Shown: positions 1 to 9,828, counted from the first letter of the stretch. The stretch: 51,563 nucleotides of DNA from a candidate division WS6 bacterium GW2011_GWF2_39_15 (GCA_000993565.1 LBWK01000002.1:290800-342362), one strand, 5' to 3'. Notes: generated from the letters alone by a model not told the origin. Made by a program: numbers and translations.

Positions 1-1
1 G

Positions 2-127
2 AATCTCACTACCTCAAGTCCGGAACCTGATACCGTTTGTGTTCAGATGGTTTTGAATTATAGTGAGGAAGGTGAGTTTGAAGCAAGTGAGAAAGCGACT
101 GTTGACTTTAACATAGTTAATAAATAG
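2..127 (+). CDS. 3' end of an unidentified CDS that starts upstream of the window
   Basis: The frame is open from position 2 to TAG at 125-127 (...EKATVDFNIVNK*). No motif is recognisable in the 41 visible residues. Confidence 0.3.
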   Translation, partial: NLTTSSPEPDTVCVQMVLNYSEEGEFEASEKATVDFNIVNK

Positions 128-2041
128 TTAGACTCTCTCTGCTCCATTTATAATTGAGTCAAAAGCTTTATCCGCCTTCTCGTATAATGAGTTGAAAAGC
201 TCACTATATTCCTGCTCTGTTCTTTCAATTTCTGCTTTATCCACTCTGGCCTGTTGAAGTTTGTCAGAGTATACTTCTCGTAGTTTTCTCTCTCTTATAA
301 TAAGGGATGATATTGCCAGGTGAATTCTAAATCTCCTTCCGTCTTGTTTTACAACTTCCTTTACGGCATCATCCAGGTGAGATATACCGTTTCTACCGAT
401 TAACTTTTTGGCAATTTTGATGACATCTTCATTTGTTCTGGTACGCAGGCACAATCTTCTATCTCCTGTACTTGAAATATATTGAACACTCATTGCATCC
501 TCTGTAAAAAGATTTAAAGCTGTCGCGAATCGGGAGTTGCGAGAATCCTGCTTTCCGAACTCTACACTTGAAATTTGAAATGAGCCCTCTGAAATCAATC
601 GATTTTTATCTCGAAAGATTGATTTGAAGATAAACCTAAGTGTGTCAGGAAGTCCTGCCCCTAAAACGTTCAGCGTACTTCTTCCTTTCTTTTTTGCCCG
701 GGATATTTCATCTTTCGCAAAACGGTTTATTTCAATAAGCGATTTGATAGCTCTTGATACCGGAGGTAAATCATATATGCGTTGAGTCCGAATACTTCCC
801 ATTTCACTACTATTAATTCCAAGTAGCTTTTCTACATCATAATTCTTAATTAAACTTATTAAGTCAGTTAAATCAGTCGGTTTTGGTACTAAAGCAAAGT
901 TTAGATCAGCAGAATTTATCGGAGCGACGCATGTGTATGCTAAGTCTCTTCCATGTAAGGCAAGCCATATTTCAGAAATTAAAGTTGTTGCATTCATTCT
1001 TGGTGCAAAGCTTCCCAGTGCGTCAGAGAGTAAGCTGTCTTCTTCTCTAGTAAACGGAATATCACTTTTTATATCATAGAGAAAGTTCGGAGCCATGTCC
1101 TTATATAAGGTAATCTTTCTGAGAATCTCAGTTGTATACTCCACTCTGTCATCTACAGTGATACCTTCTAACAAGGTGTTTAAAACTCTTCTCCCTTGAT
1201 CTTCGTTCGAGGTAAAATGAGGAAACCATGTCTCAATTTGGTCAATCAATCCTCGTTCATTTTGGACTAATATAACTTTACAAACTGGTGAGGTATCAGC
1301 CATTTTTGCGAAGTCCCGCCTTTCTTCCAAGTCCTCTTTTCTGATGACTTCTATTTGAAATTCAGGGTTGCTTACAGGATCTCTTTTCTCCAGAGTGGCC
1401 TCAAATTTTATCCCATATGATTTACTGACCCTTGGCGGATAATATCTGGCTCCCCACTCTTTGAAGCCCTCTAGTGTTAAAGAATCTCTATGTTTTCCCA
1501 AAGTTGATATCCATCTCTCAAGATTTCCTGGCTCATCACGTTCTTCAAAGCTAAAGTTTAAGTTTGAAGATTCTCTATTATGGTTATAGATTCTCTTTAA
1601 AGCCGCAAGATTGTCTCTTGAAGCCTTTCCACTGTTATGTCTTATGAGGTCGTATATATGATTCAATCGCATTTCTTTTATTGGAGTCTGATATCCCCAT
1701 ATCCCCGCTTCGCTACCGATGCATTCTTTGAGGGCTTCAGGCTTGCCGGACTTAAAAGCTTCATTGCCTTCTTCTGTCATTCTGTTTAAGGTAAAATATG
1801 ACTCTGGAGATTGAGATTCATCTCGTAGGTGCTCAAGTGCGAATTCGATTCCTTCTTCAATAGTTTTATTCCCCAATGTATCTAAAATCCCTTGAAGGCT
1901 AGTCTCATCGTAAATACTAACTGTTTCGAGTGCTTCTCGTACCGCTTTTGCAATCTCCTCGCTTTCAGAGATTGGCGTATCAAGTCTACTTGTGTCATTT
2001 GACGAAGATATTTCTGGATTAGTACGATTTAAGAATTTCAT
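128..2041 (-). CDS. hypothetical protein, 637 aa, cytoplasmic by composition
   Basis: Long uninterrupted ORF with an ATG start. It has no TM segment or signal peptide and its C-terminal ~70 aa are charged and coiled-coil-like. I recognise no family motif. Confidence 0.7.
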   Translation of the reverse strand: MKFLNRTNPEISSSNDTSRLDTPISESEEIAKAVREALETVSIYDETSLQGILDTLGNKTIEEGIEFALEHLRDESQSPESYFTLNRMTEEGNEAFKSGKPEALKECIGSEAGIWGYQTPIKEMRLNHIYDLIRHNSGKASRDNLAALKRIYNHNRESSNLNFSFEERDEPGNLERWISTLGKHRDSLTLEGFKEWGARYYPPRVSKSYGIKFEATLEKRDPVSNPEFQIEVIRKEDLEERRDFAKMADTSPVCKVILVQNERGLIDQIETWFPHFTSNEDQGRRVLNTLLEGITVDDRVEYTTEILRKITLYKDMAPNFLYDIKSDIPFTREEDSLLSDALGSFAPRMNATTLISEIWLALHGRDLAYTCVAPINSADLNFALVPKPTDLTDLISLIKNYDVEKLLGINSSEMGSIRTQRIYDLPPVSRAIKSLIEINRFAKDEISRAKKKGRSTLNVLGAGLPDTLRFIFKSIFRDKNRLISEGSFQISSVEFGKQDSRNSRFATALNLFTEDAMSVQYISSTGDRRLCLRTRTNEDVIKIAKKLIGRNGISHLDDAVKEVVKQDGRRFRIHLAISSLIIRERKLREVYSDKLQQARVDKAEIERTEQEYSELFNSLYEKADKAFDSIINGAERV

Positions 2042-2178
2042 ATCATTTTATACAACAATTTTCTATTACATTCTATACAAGCTATACAGAAGGAGGTTTT
2101 CGTAATATCGATCCAGTCGCACCATCTATAGTCTAGGTGCAGATCTATACTGGTAGATATCTCAAGTATTGTCTTTCT

Positions 2179-2364
2179 CTACTTCATTAGAAACTTAAAC
2201 ATCTCATATACTAGGAAAGCAGGCCATACCATGGCTTTTAAGATTCCAAATAGTCCTATCCAGAAACTGGTGGCCGTGGAAAGAAAATATACAGTTGCTC
2301 CTATAAACCCTAATCCATAAACAGCGTTATTTGCATTCGCGTGGCTTCGGACATCTTTCATCAT
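2179..2364 (-). CDS. small membrane protein, 61 aa, two predicted TM helices
   Basis: Two hydrophobic helices (YGLGFIGATVYFLSTA and FWIGLFGILKAMVWPAFLVY). It lies just upstream of the 637-aa gene on the same strand. Confidence 0.55.
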   Translation of the reverse strand: MMKDVRSHANANNAVYGLGFIGATVYFLSTATSFWIGLFGILKAMVWPAFLVYEMFKFLMK

Positions 2365-2526
2365 ATGTGCATAAATAATTTAATTCTAATTTAAGTATAT
2401 CATCAGATTATTGGATAAAACATATTTGATAAATAGTATGTGTTTGTAATGAAAGCGAGAGTCATCTATTATTAAACAATAAGCAGGAACAGCTAATACC
2501 CATATACAACTTCTATATAGAAACTA

Positions 2527-5500
2527 GTGGAAAACCTGATAAAAAGACCTAAAAGAAAGAAAGAGAGCCTCCCGTTAATTCGGATATTTGCTTTTACGAT
2601 TTTTTTCGTTTCGGCAGCACTTCTTTTTCCTTTATTTGTTTCAAATGCTCGCAACTCACAGAAGGTTGATTTTTCCAGCAAACTAAATTTGAAATCCGTA
2701 TACTCGGCAGAGGAATCGGTTAAGGTAGATCTTACAGTGGCTGGTAAGGGTGCAAAGGTCTCGCTTATTGACCCGCGTGGGAAAATAAATAAAGTAAGCA
2801 GAAAGCTAAATGGATCCTCTGTGACCTTTGATGCAGATAGTTACAGCAGACCTGGGAAGTATAAACTGAAAATATTAAACGATAACGGTGATAAGATTGA
2901 AAAAGATTTTCAATGGGGAGTTCTAACGGTTAACACCAATAAAGCTGGTTACACACCTGGTGATCAGGTCTACCTTCAAATGGCCGTTTTAAATGAGTAC
3001 GGTCATACAATTTGTAACGCTAATTTAGAGCTTAAGATTAATAACGAGATCTTTTCGACAAGTGATGAGGGAATAGTAAGAAGCAAGGAATGTGGTGCAA
3101 ATAACGTTACGGATACCCCTGACTATTTTGCATACTACGATGTTCGAAGAATAGGAGTATATGATATTAAGTTGAAAAACCTGGACAATAACTTCGAGAT
3201 TACGGATACGTTTGAGGTAAAAGAGGGTATTCCATATGAAATAGAGCGTATAGGAGCTACACGTATTAATCCGTTTCGTGCGGATTACAAAATGACAATC
3301 AAGGTTAAAGCTAACCACTCATATTCAGGGCATATATCAGAGTCAATCCCTGAGGGTTTTGAATTAGTAGATTCTGTTGCTGACTGGGATGTGAATCTTG
3401 GGCAAGGGGAAGAAAAGACCTTCTCATATATTTACAGAGCACCGAAAAAAAGTCCTGAAATCTTTCTACTTGGCCCTGTTACAATGAGTGATTTCAGTGA
3501 GAGTAGGGTTTGGAAGCTTGCTTCGGATGCAACATGTACTGCATCCGTTTCAGGAAACTGGAGTAATAATGCAACTTGGGGGGGTGGTGCAAACTGTGGC
3601 AGTAGTTATCCTGGTGCAAGTGCTGCGGGTGATATTGTGATTATAAACTCTGGAGTTACTGTAACTTTGGATGTCAGCCCGGCATACTCCGTAGGTAATA
3701 TTACATTTAACGATCCTGTCGCAACCAATAATGGATTAACTTGGGGGGTAGGAAAATCATTGACCTCAACGGGTACGATGACGTTTACGACATCAACAGG
3801 GGCAGGTGATTCTCTTGTGACAGTTGGTGCAAGTCCGAATCAGTTTAATGGTGTAAATATTGCGATGGCAGGTGGGGCTTCGGGCTTTTCCTCTTTTACT
3901 GTCGGAACAGGCACTGCTGTCCTTTCCGGTAATGTCACGACCACTGGAACGGCTGCTAACTCGAGGTTCATCTTTAATGGTAACGGCAGACTAAATATTG
4001 CAGGTAATTTTCTCCCTGGAGCTTTAACCACCACATCTGGAACTGGCTCTACAATCAATTTTAATGGCAGTGGAGCACAGTCTACAATGATTTCAACCTC
4101 TTATAGAAAAATGGAAATTAATAATACTGCAGGAGCTGGAACGGGTGTGTCACTTGGGGCCGGCAATACAACAATTCTTGATACTCTTGATATAACTGAT
4201 GGGACCCTTAAAATTGCGTCAACCACCGGGAGTAAAATTTTTGTCGGGAAAGTGACGATCGGCAGCCAAGGTGTTTGGGATGATAGCATCAATGAAGCAA
4301 TCGTTATGAGGGGAGGTCTACAGAATGACGGGACATTAACCTCAGGTACAACTGCAGGCTATACATTCAACACTAATAGTCAAACGGTAAGTGGTACTGC
4401 GGCAATATCCATCTCTGGAACAGTTACAATTACAGGAGCAATTACTATCCAGAATAGCAATTCAAATGTAGTGGCCTTTACGGCTGCTTTAAATGGTAGT
4501 GTAGCAGGATCTACCTGGCAGCAGAACTCCGATTCATATTTGAAATTAGGAGCTGCCAGTACGTTTGCTACCGCAGGAACATTGACTGCTATAGCATCTG
4601 GAAACACAGTGGAATATAACCGTGCTAATACTCAAACAATTAAAGCTACGACATACAACAATCTCGTTCTCTCAAATACAAGTGCTAAAACAGCAGGTGG
4701 TGCCTTAACGGTTGAGGGGGATTTTACAGTCTCAGGCACTGCAAGTTTTACCTATGGTGCTTATACGCACTCTTTTAAAGGAAATTGGACTATTGATACT
4801 TCTGCAGCTACACCTTTAACAGCCACAGCAGGTAGTACAATAAACTTTAATACTCCGACTAACCCTGCTGCAACTGCAATATTGGCGGGGACGACGTCTG
4901 CGACTCTTGCCTTTGTAAATGTTAATATAAATAATACAAGCGGATTTTCAGTTGACGAGAACATTAGTACATCGACCTCAATGGTTGTAGCGACTGGAGT
5001 TACCTTTACACCTGGAGCAAGTTTCGTTGTAAATGGAGCTGGTACAATCAGCGGTGCAGGAACTGCTATCGCCCAGGTTACCCGTACTTCTGCTACGGCA
5101 GATTTTTCGAGCCAGTATACAATAGCAGGGAAGACACTCACCAATCTTGAAATTGAGTACGTTGCAAGCTCTAATCAAGTAGTAAGCGATGTAGCATATG
5201 GTAGTTTGAAAATAAGTAATACTGGAGGAGCAGTGGCGACTCTGGCTGCAACTACAACATTGACAGGCAATTTAACAATTAGTTCGGGGGGAGTTCTTAG
5301 TACGGGTAGTGATTATGGTTTAAATGTTGCTGGCAACTGGAGTAACTCTGGAACCTTTACTGCTAATAATGGAACGGTTACTTTTACAGGCACAGATTCA
5401 TCTACACAGGCAATTTCTGGGAACACCACATTCCATAATTTCACGGCTTCCACATCCTCAAATGCTGCTGGGAGAATATTACAATTTGCAGGTAATTCGA

Positions 5501-8500
5501 CTACTGTTGTTGGTAGTACTTGGACAATTACTGGGTACTCTGGAAAAGTGATCACGCTTCAATCTTCTAATACAAACTCATGGACAATACAGCCTGTTGC
5601 TGCCTCTGTTGATTATGCTTCAATCTCAAAATCGACATCATCCATCTCTATTTGTGCAATTCACTCTACAAACGGTGGAGACAATAACGCGAATTGGAAT
5701 ATCACGAGCGGTGATGAATGTGCATCGGCTAACCCCACGGGTTATTCCTTCCAAAGAAAGACTTGGTACGATGGTAGCCGGTATTGGAGAGCGTTTAACG
5801 ATACAACCGACTCAAGAATTGAATTTGAATATTCAACAGATGGGTCAAGCTGGACGGAAAATACTACTGCTAGAATATACTCTAATACAAAGGATTTTTC
5901 ACTTGTTGGAGGAAGTGCGAATGCTTATATTGCATATAAGATTGGGGATGATATTGAGGTGAAAAAGGCAACTAGTTATCCGGGAGTTAGCTTTTCATGG
6001 GGTAGTGCTTCAATTAGTTACAATGGTACGAGTAGTGATGATACTTATCAATATCCAACTATAACTCAGGATAGTAACAGTAAGATATGGGTATCGGCAA
6101 CGCATTTGAATACAGATACAGTGAATCTTCAGTCAACTTCTGATGGCGATGATGGGATGATGGATGATATCTCTCCTTTTGATTCCGATAATGGAGAAGA
6201 TACTTGGTATGGTTCCGGTTGGACTGGCAATAATGAGGTAGGAGGTGGAACATGGGGAAGTACTGCTTATGAATATCACTCGGGTATGCGTTTCCAGGCG
6301 ATTAATATTCCTCAGGGGGCTACTATAAGTTCGGCCCTTCTGCAGGTTTATTCCCAAGGTGGTAATGGTACACCTAGTGAGGTTCATGCAAGAGTTTACG
6401 GAGATGATGTTGATGATGCACCTGCCTGGTCGTCAAGTGACATGCCTCACGAAGTAACTAAAACGACTGCTTTCGTCGACTTTGACCCCTCCTCCTGGTC
6501 AACTGGTGAGTGGGTTACTATGCCTGATGTCTCAAGTATTATTACTGAAATTATTGGCAGGGCAAGCTGGGCAACAGGAAATGATTTAAGGTTATCCGTC
6601 ATTGACGATGGGACGACCAAACCTCCTGATCAGGCTGAGAATGGTATCTATTGGAGTGACTCTTCGGAAACTAACGGTGCTAAATTGACAATCCAATATA
6701 CACAACATGAATTTAAGGTTGTGCAGTCGTCAAGCGCCAATGATATTACATCTTGGGGAACCGCAATAGCCCTAGATGAAAGCGGTGAAAGTAACAGATA
6801 TGGAGCAATAACATCTCGAACAAATGGTTTCGTTTTTGCGATGTGGGTCGATGGTACTACTATAGAGTCCAAGAATTTCAATGGGACAAGCTGGGATGGT
6901 TCGCCTGCATCAGTAGGAACAGGAGTTACAGGGTTAAGTAATACAATTGCTGTCTTGGCCAACAGCTTGGGAAATGTTCATGCTGTATTTGTAGATTCAA
7001 GTAATCATATTGTTTATCGAGAGTATACATCAAGTTGGCAAACTGCAATTACGCTTGATAGTAATGTGGGGAATGCGTATCCAGGGATATCACTTAACTC
7101 ATCGAATTCTGAGATATATGCTTTTTGGGTTCGTGGTGGTGATCTTTTTTATAAAAGGTCTATATCCCCTTACTTATCTGATCAGTGGGATGGAGTTGCA
7201 ACCTTATGGCAGACAGCAGGTACTATAACATATCCGACGAGCAGTCTTAGTGGCTCGGGTAAAATATTTGTCGAGTGGTTTAACGGAAGTGAGGTGAGTT
7301 GGAATATTATTGATTTTCCTCCTTCTGCACATTCTTTTCAACGTAAAACGTGGTATGATGGCACTCGCTATTGGCGCAGTTATCATGATAGCTTGGATGC
7401 ACGTGTAGAGTTTGAGTATTCAACAGATGGTGAAAGTTGGACTGAGGATACAAGTGCTCGACTTAGTGTCAATTCCAACGATTTTTCAGTTCAGGCAGAT
7501 TCATCAGAGGCATATGTTACATATTCAACAACTACGGTTGAGAATACTGATAACCTGGTAACGGATAATCTAGTTGGATATTGGAAAATGAATGAAGGAA
7601 GCTGGAATGGTACTACTGACGAAGTTGTTGATTCATCTGGTAATTCTAACCATGGTGTACGAGTAGGCAATGCTAGCCCTACTGCAGGGAAATTCAGCTC
7701 CGGAGGTGTATTTGATGGTGCTGGAGACTATATTGAAGTCGACGATTCAGCTTCTCTGAATGTAACCAATTCAGTTAGTCTAGCAATGTGGATTAATCCA
7801 CAGGACACTAATGATTGGCAAATTCCAGTTGGAAAAGTCGCAAATGCCTCTTCGCATGATTCACCTTATTTTTCCTATGCTTTACAGCTGGATTCAACGG
7901 GTACTACTATTGAAACTCGCATCTGGATTTCAACAACATCAGATAGTGAAGATTGGTGCTATTCTAGTATTGATCTCACTGAAGGTAATTGGCATCACAT
8001 TGCAGGTACTTACGATGGATCCTTCCTAAAATTCTATCTTGATGGTGTGGAAACCTGTTCTCATAGTCTAACTGGCAGCATAAATACATTTTCTGCTCCT
8101 CTACGTTTAGGTATTAACGGTGGATTTGGTGAAGCCTTTGATGGTTTGGAGGACGATGTCCGGATTTACAATACCGCTCTTACCCCTGGTCAAATAGCAT
8201 CACTTGCACATCCAGGATATGACATAGAAGTTCGGAAAGCTTCATCTTACCCTGGAACTGGATTTTCATGGGGAAATCCAACGGTCGGTCTGAATGGTTC
8301 CTCATCGACGGATGCTTATAACTATCCTAGTCTCACACAAGATACTACGGATAAATTATGGGTAACTGCCACAAACGTTGAAGATAGTAATTATGCTACT
8401 TATGCAGTACAAGGTGCCGTTGCAAGCGATGAGACTGCTTGGAATGTGCCATCCTCGCTTGATAGTAGTACGAGTGCGAATCGTTATAGTGTGATAGTTC

Positions 8501-9828
8501 CTAGAACGAGTGGCTCTGTTTTTGCTCTGTGGGTGGATGGTACTGCAATAGAGTCTAAGAACTTTAATGGAGCAAGCTGGGATGGTTCGCCCGCTTCAGT
8601 TGGAACTGGGGTGAGTGGGTTAACTACGACTCTTTCCGCAGTTGCCGATAGTTCCGGAAACGTGCACGCTCTGTTTGTTGATTCTAGCAATAACACCAAA
8701 TACCGGAGATTCACTTCAAGTTGGCAGACCGCTGATACTTTGGATAGTAATACCGGTAATGCGTACCCTTCAATTTCACTGGATACTGTGACAACTAACC
8801 TTTATTCAATGTGGATTCGTGGAAACCATATATATTACAAAAAGGGGACATATTCGGCGGGTAGTTGGACATGGGATGTTACTGCAACAGACTGGTTACC
8901 TACTGGTACAAATACTTACTTATCGTCAAACTTTTCAGGAAATTCAACAGTCTATGTAGAATGGACAAGTGGAACATCTGCTTCATATTCTATTGACTGG
9001 GATTTTATTTACCAGGCTTCATCCAACTCTCCTGTAGTATCAAGTGTATCCCTAAACGGAGGAAATACCCTGACTTTGACGGAGGGAACTACAACCTCAA
9101 TTTCCTGGGCGGCAACTGTAACTGATAGTGACGGGTATGCAAATATCAGCTCGGCAACAGGCAAAGCTTATCGTTCAGGCGTAAGCGGGTCTCAGGCTTG
9201 TACCACGAGTAATGAAGACTGTTATGAAGATGTTAGCTGCAGTCTGTCATCGTGCGCTGGATCAAGCTGTACCGCGACATGTTCAGTAAACTTTGCTTTT
9301 TATGCAACCCCTACAGACGTAGGAAGTTTGCATCAGGCTGAATATTGGAGGGCATGGGTTGAAGCAACAGACGCACAGTCAAACTCAGGCTCGGAGTTTA
9401 GTGCTGCAGATAGCCCTGATTTGGCAAGTTCTGCCGGTGTCGAGATTACGAGCTCACTTGCATATGGATCGCTACTTCCGGGTGATGATACAGGAGCTAC
9501 TCCTGAAACGACTACGGTCACAAATACAGGGAATACTCAGTTAGATATTGAACTTTCGGGTGACGATCTGTGTAGCGACTATCCGACATGTAGCGGACCG
9601 CAAATTGGGGTTGGCTACCAAGAGTATAGTACTTCTACATTTGACTATGGAGTGGGTACAGGTTTAACGAGTAGTCCGTCACTTGTGAATATAAATCTTG
9701 GACTTGCAACAAGTGTTCCGTCAAATTCAACAGACACACTTTATTGGGGAATGGGAATACCTTCACCTCAGGAAAGTGGAAGCTATACTGGTGTAAATAC
9801 TATTACCGCTGTAAATGGAGGTTCTTAA
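2527..9828 (+). CDS. giant N-terminally anchored surface protein (2433 aa) with Ig-like domains, a beta-helix-like region, 2x BNR/Asp-box modules, LamG and DNRLRE-like inserts, and a Cys-rich C-terminal module
   Basis: GTG start follows an in-frame stop. The N-terminus is basic (KRPKRKKE) and followed by one TM helix (IRIFAFTIFFVSAALLFPLFV). A T/S/G/N/A-rich segment carries recurring GNW(S/T)N motifs. Asp-box motifs YSTDGSSWTE and YSTDGESWTE are present. LamG signature: LVGYWKMNEG...WHHIAGTYDG...FYLDGV...DDVRIYNTAL. There is no LPXTG or other C-terminal anchor. Confidence 0.9.
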   Translation: MENLIKRPKRKKESLPLIRIFAFTIFFVSAALLFPLFVSNARNSQKVDFSSKLNLKSVYSAEESVKVDLTVAGKGAKVSLIDPRGKINKVSRKLNGSSVTFDADSYSRPGKYKLKILNDNGDKIEKDFQWGVLTVNTNKAGYTPGDQVYLQMAVLNEYGHTICNANLELKINNEIFSTSDEGIVRSKECGANNVTDTPDYFAYYDVRRIGVYDIKLKNLDNNFEITDTFEVKEGIPYEIERIGATRINPFRADYKMTIKVKANHSYSGHISESIPEGFELVDSVADWDVNLGQGEEKTFSYIYRAPKKSPEIFLLGPVTMSDFSESRVWKLASDATCTASVSGNWSNNATWGGGANCGSSYPGASAAGDIVIINSGVTVTLDVSPAYSVGNITFNDPVATNNGLTWGVGKSLTSTGTMTFTTSTGAGDSLVTVGASPNQFNGVNIAMAGGASGFSSFTVGTGTAVLSGNVTTTGTAANSRFIFNGNGRLNIAGNFLPGALTTTSGTGSTINFNGSGAQSTMISTSYRKMEINNTAGAGTGVSLGAGNTTILDTLDITDGTLKIASTTGSKIFVGKVTIGSQGVWDDSINEAIVMRGGLQNDGTLTSGTTAGYTFNTNSQTVSGTAAISISGTVTITGAITIQNSNSNVVAFTAALNGSVAGSTWQQNSDSYLKLGAASTFATAGTLTAIASGNTVEYNRANTQTIKATTYNNLVLSNTSAKTAGGALTVEGDFTVSGTASFTYGAYTHSFKGNWTIDTSAATPLTATAGSTINFNTPTNPAATAILAGTTSATLAFVNVNINNTSGFSVDENISTSTSMVVATGVTFTPGASFVVNGAGTISGAGTAIAQVTRTSATADFSSQYTIAGKTLTNLEIEYVASSNQVVSDVAYGSLKISNTGGAVATLAATTTLTGNLTISSGGVLSTGSDYGLNVAGNWSNSGTFTANNGTVTFTGTDSSTQAISGNTTFHNFTASTSSNAAGRILQFAGNSTTVVGSTWTITGYSGKVITLQSSNTNSWTIQPVAASVDYASISKSTSSISICAIHSTNGGDNNANWNITSGDECASANPTGYSFQRKTWYDGSRYWRAFNDTTDSRIEFEYSTDGSSWTENTTARIYSNTKDFSLVGGSANAYIAYKIGDDIEVKKATSYPGVSFSWGSASISYNGTSSDDTYQYPTITQDSNSKIWVSATHLNTDTVNLQSTSDGDDGMMDDISPFDSDNGEDTWYGSGWTGNNEVGGGTWGSTAYEYHSGMRFQAINIPQGATISSALLQVYSQGGNGTPSEVHARVYGDDVDDAPAWSSSDMPHEVTKTTAFVDFDPSSWSTGEWVTMPDVSSIITEIIGRASWATGNDLRLSVIDDGTTKPPDQAENGIYWSDSSETNGAKLTIQYTQHEFKVVQSSSANDITSWGTAIALDESGESNRYGAITSRTNGFVFAMWVDGTTIESKNFNGTSWDGSPASVGTGVTGLSNTIAVLANSLGNVHAVFVDSSNHIVYREYTSSWQTAITLDSNVGNAYPGISLNSSNSEIYAFWVRGGDLFYKRSISPYLSDQWDGVATLWQTAGTITYPTSSLSGSGKIFVEWFNGSEVSWNIIDFPPSAHSFQRKTWYDGTRYWRSYHDSLDARVEFEYSTDGESWTEDTSARLSVNSNDFSVQADSSEAYVTYSTTTVENTDNLVTDNLVGYWKMNEGSWNGTTDEVVDSSGNSNHGVRVGNASPTAGKFSSGGVFDGAGDYIEVDDSASLNVTNSVSLAMWINPQDTNDWQIPVGKVANASSHDSPYFSYALQLDSTGTTIETRIWISTTSDSEDWCYSSIDLTEGNWHHIAGTYDGSFLKFYLDGVETCSHSLTGSINTFSAPLRLGINGGFGEAFDGLEDDVRIYNTALTPGQIASLAHPGYDIEVRKASSYPGTGFSWGNPTVGLNGSSSTDAYNYPSLTQDTTDKLWVTATNVEDSNYATYAVQGAVASDETAWNVPSSLDSSTSANRYSVIVPRTSGSVFALWVDGTAIESKNFNGASWDGSPASVGTGVSGLTTTLSAVADSSGNVHALFVDSSNNTKYRRFTSSWQTADTLDSNTGNAYPSISLDTVTTNLYSMWIRGNHIYYKKGTYSAGSWTWDVTATDWLPTGTNTYLSSNFSGNSTVYVEWTSGTSASYSIDWDFIYQASSNSPVVSSVSLNGGNTLTLTEGTTTSISWAATVTDSDGYANISSATGKAYRSGVSGSQACTTSNEDCYEDVSCSLSSCAGSSCTATCSVNFAFYATPTDVGSLHQAEYWRAWVEATDAQSNSGSEFSAADSPDLASSAGVEITSSLAYGSLLPGDDTGATPETTTVTNTGNTQLDIELSGDDLCSDYPTCSGPQIGVGYQEYSTSTFDYGVGTGLTSSPSLVNINLGLATSVPSNSTDTLYWGMGIPSPQESGSYTGVNTITAVNGGS
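5741..7329 (+). repeat. copy 1 of the intragenic ~530-aa BNR/Asp-box module, carrying a ~200-aa DNRLRE-like insert at about 6105-6705
   Basis: It aligns by eye block-for-block with 7330-9010. Shared blocks are FQRKTWYDGxRYWR, EFEYSTDGxSWTE, DIEVxKAxSYPG, KxWVxAT, WVDGTxIESKNFNGxSWDGSPASVGTGV, GNVHAxFVDSSN, TSSWQTA and LDSNxGNAYPxISL. Confidence 0.85.
7330..9010 (+). repeat. copy 2 of the intragenic BNR/Asp-box module, carrying a LamG insert at about 7560-8210
   Basis: It has the same conserved blocks as copy 1. The LamG domain is inserted between the block ending AYVTYS and the block GYDIEVRKASSYPG, which are contiguous in copy 1. Confidence 0.85.

Noticed and set aside
2493-2681. 62-aa minus-strand ORF overlapping the start of the giant gene.
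   Set aside because: It overlaps the signal-anchor coding region of a far better supported gene and has no motif. It is likely a shadow ORF.
5741-9010. Possibility that the two similar segments are a diversity-generating retroelement template/variable repeat pair.
   Set aside because: No reverse transcriptase gene is in the window. The copies are protein-coding paralogous modules more than 1.5 kb long. The nucleotide differences I compared (6858-6925 versus 8548-8615) are mixed transitions and transversions, not adenine-specific.
3025-9544. About 20 ORFs of 60-127 aa inside or antisense to the giant gene, for example 3025-3318(-), 3840-4058(-), 4761-5144(-), 5597-5962(+), 6648-6962(-), 8484-8714(-) and 9333-9521(-).
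   Set aside because: All lie entirely within the 2433-aa frame, which has coherent domain structure. Their products are low-complexity mirror images of the T/S/G/A-rich coding strand (P/V/A-rich), with no independent signals.
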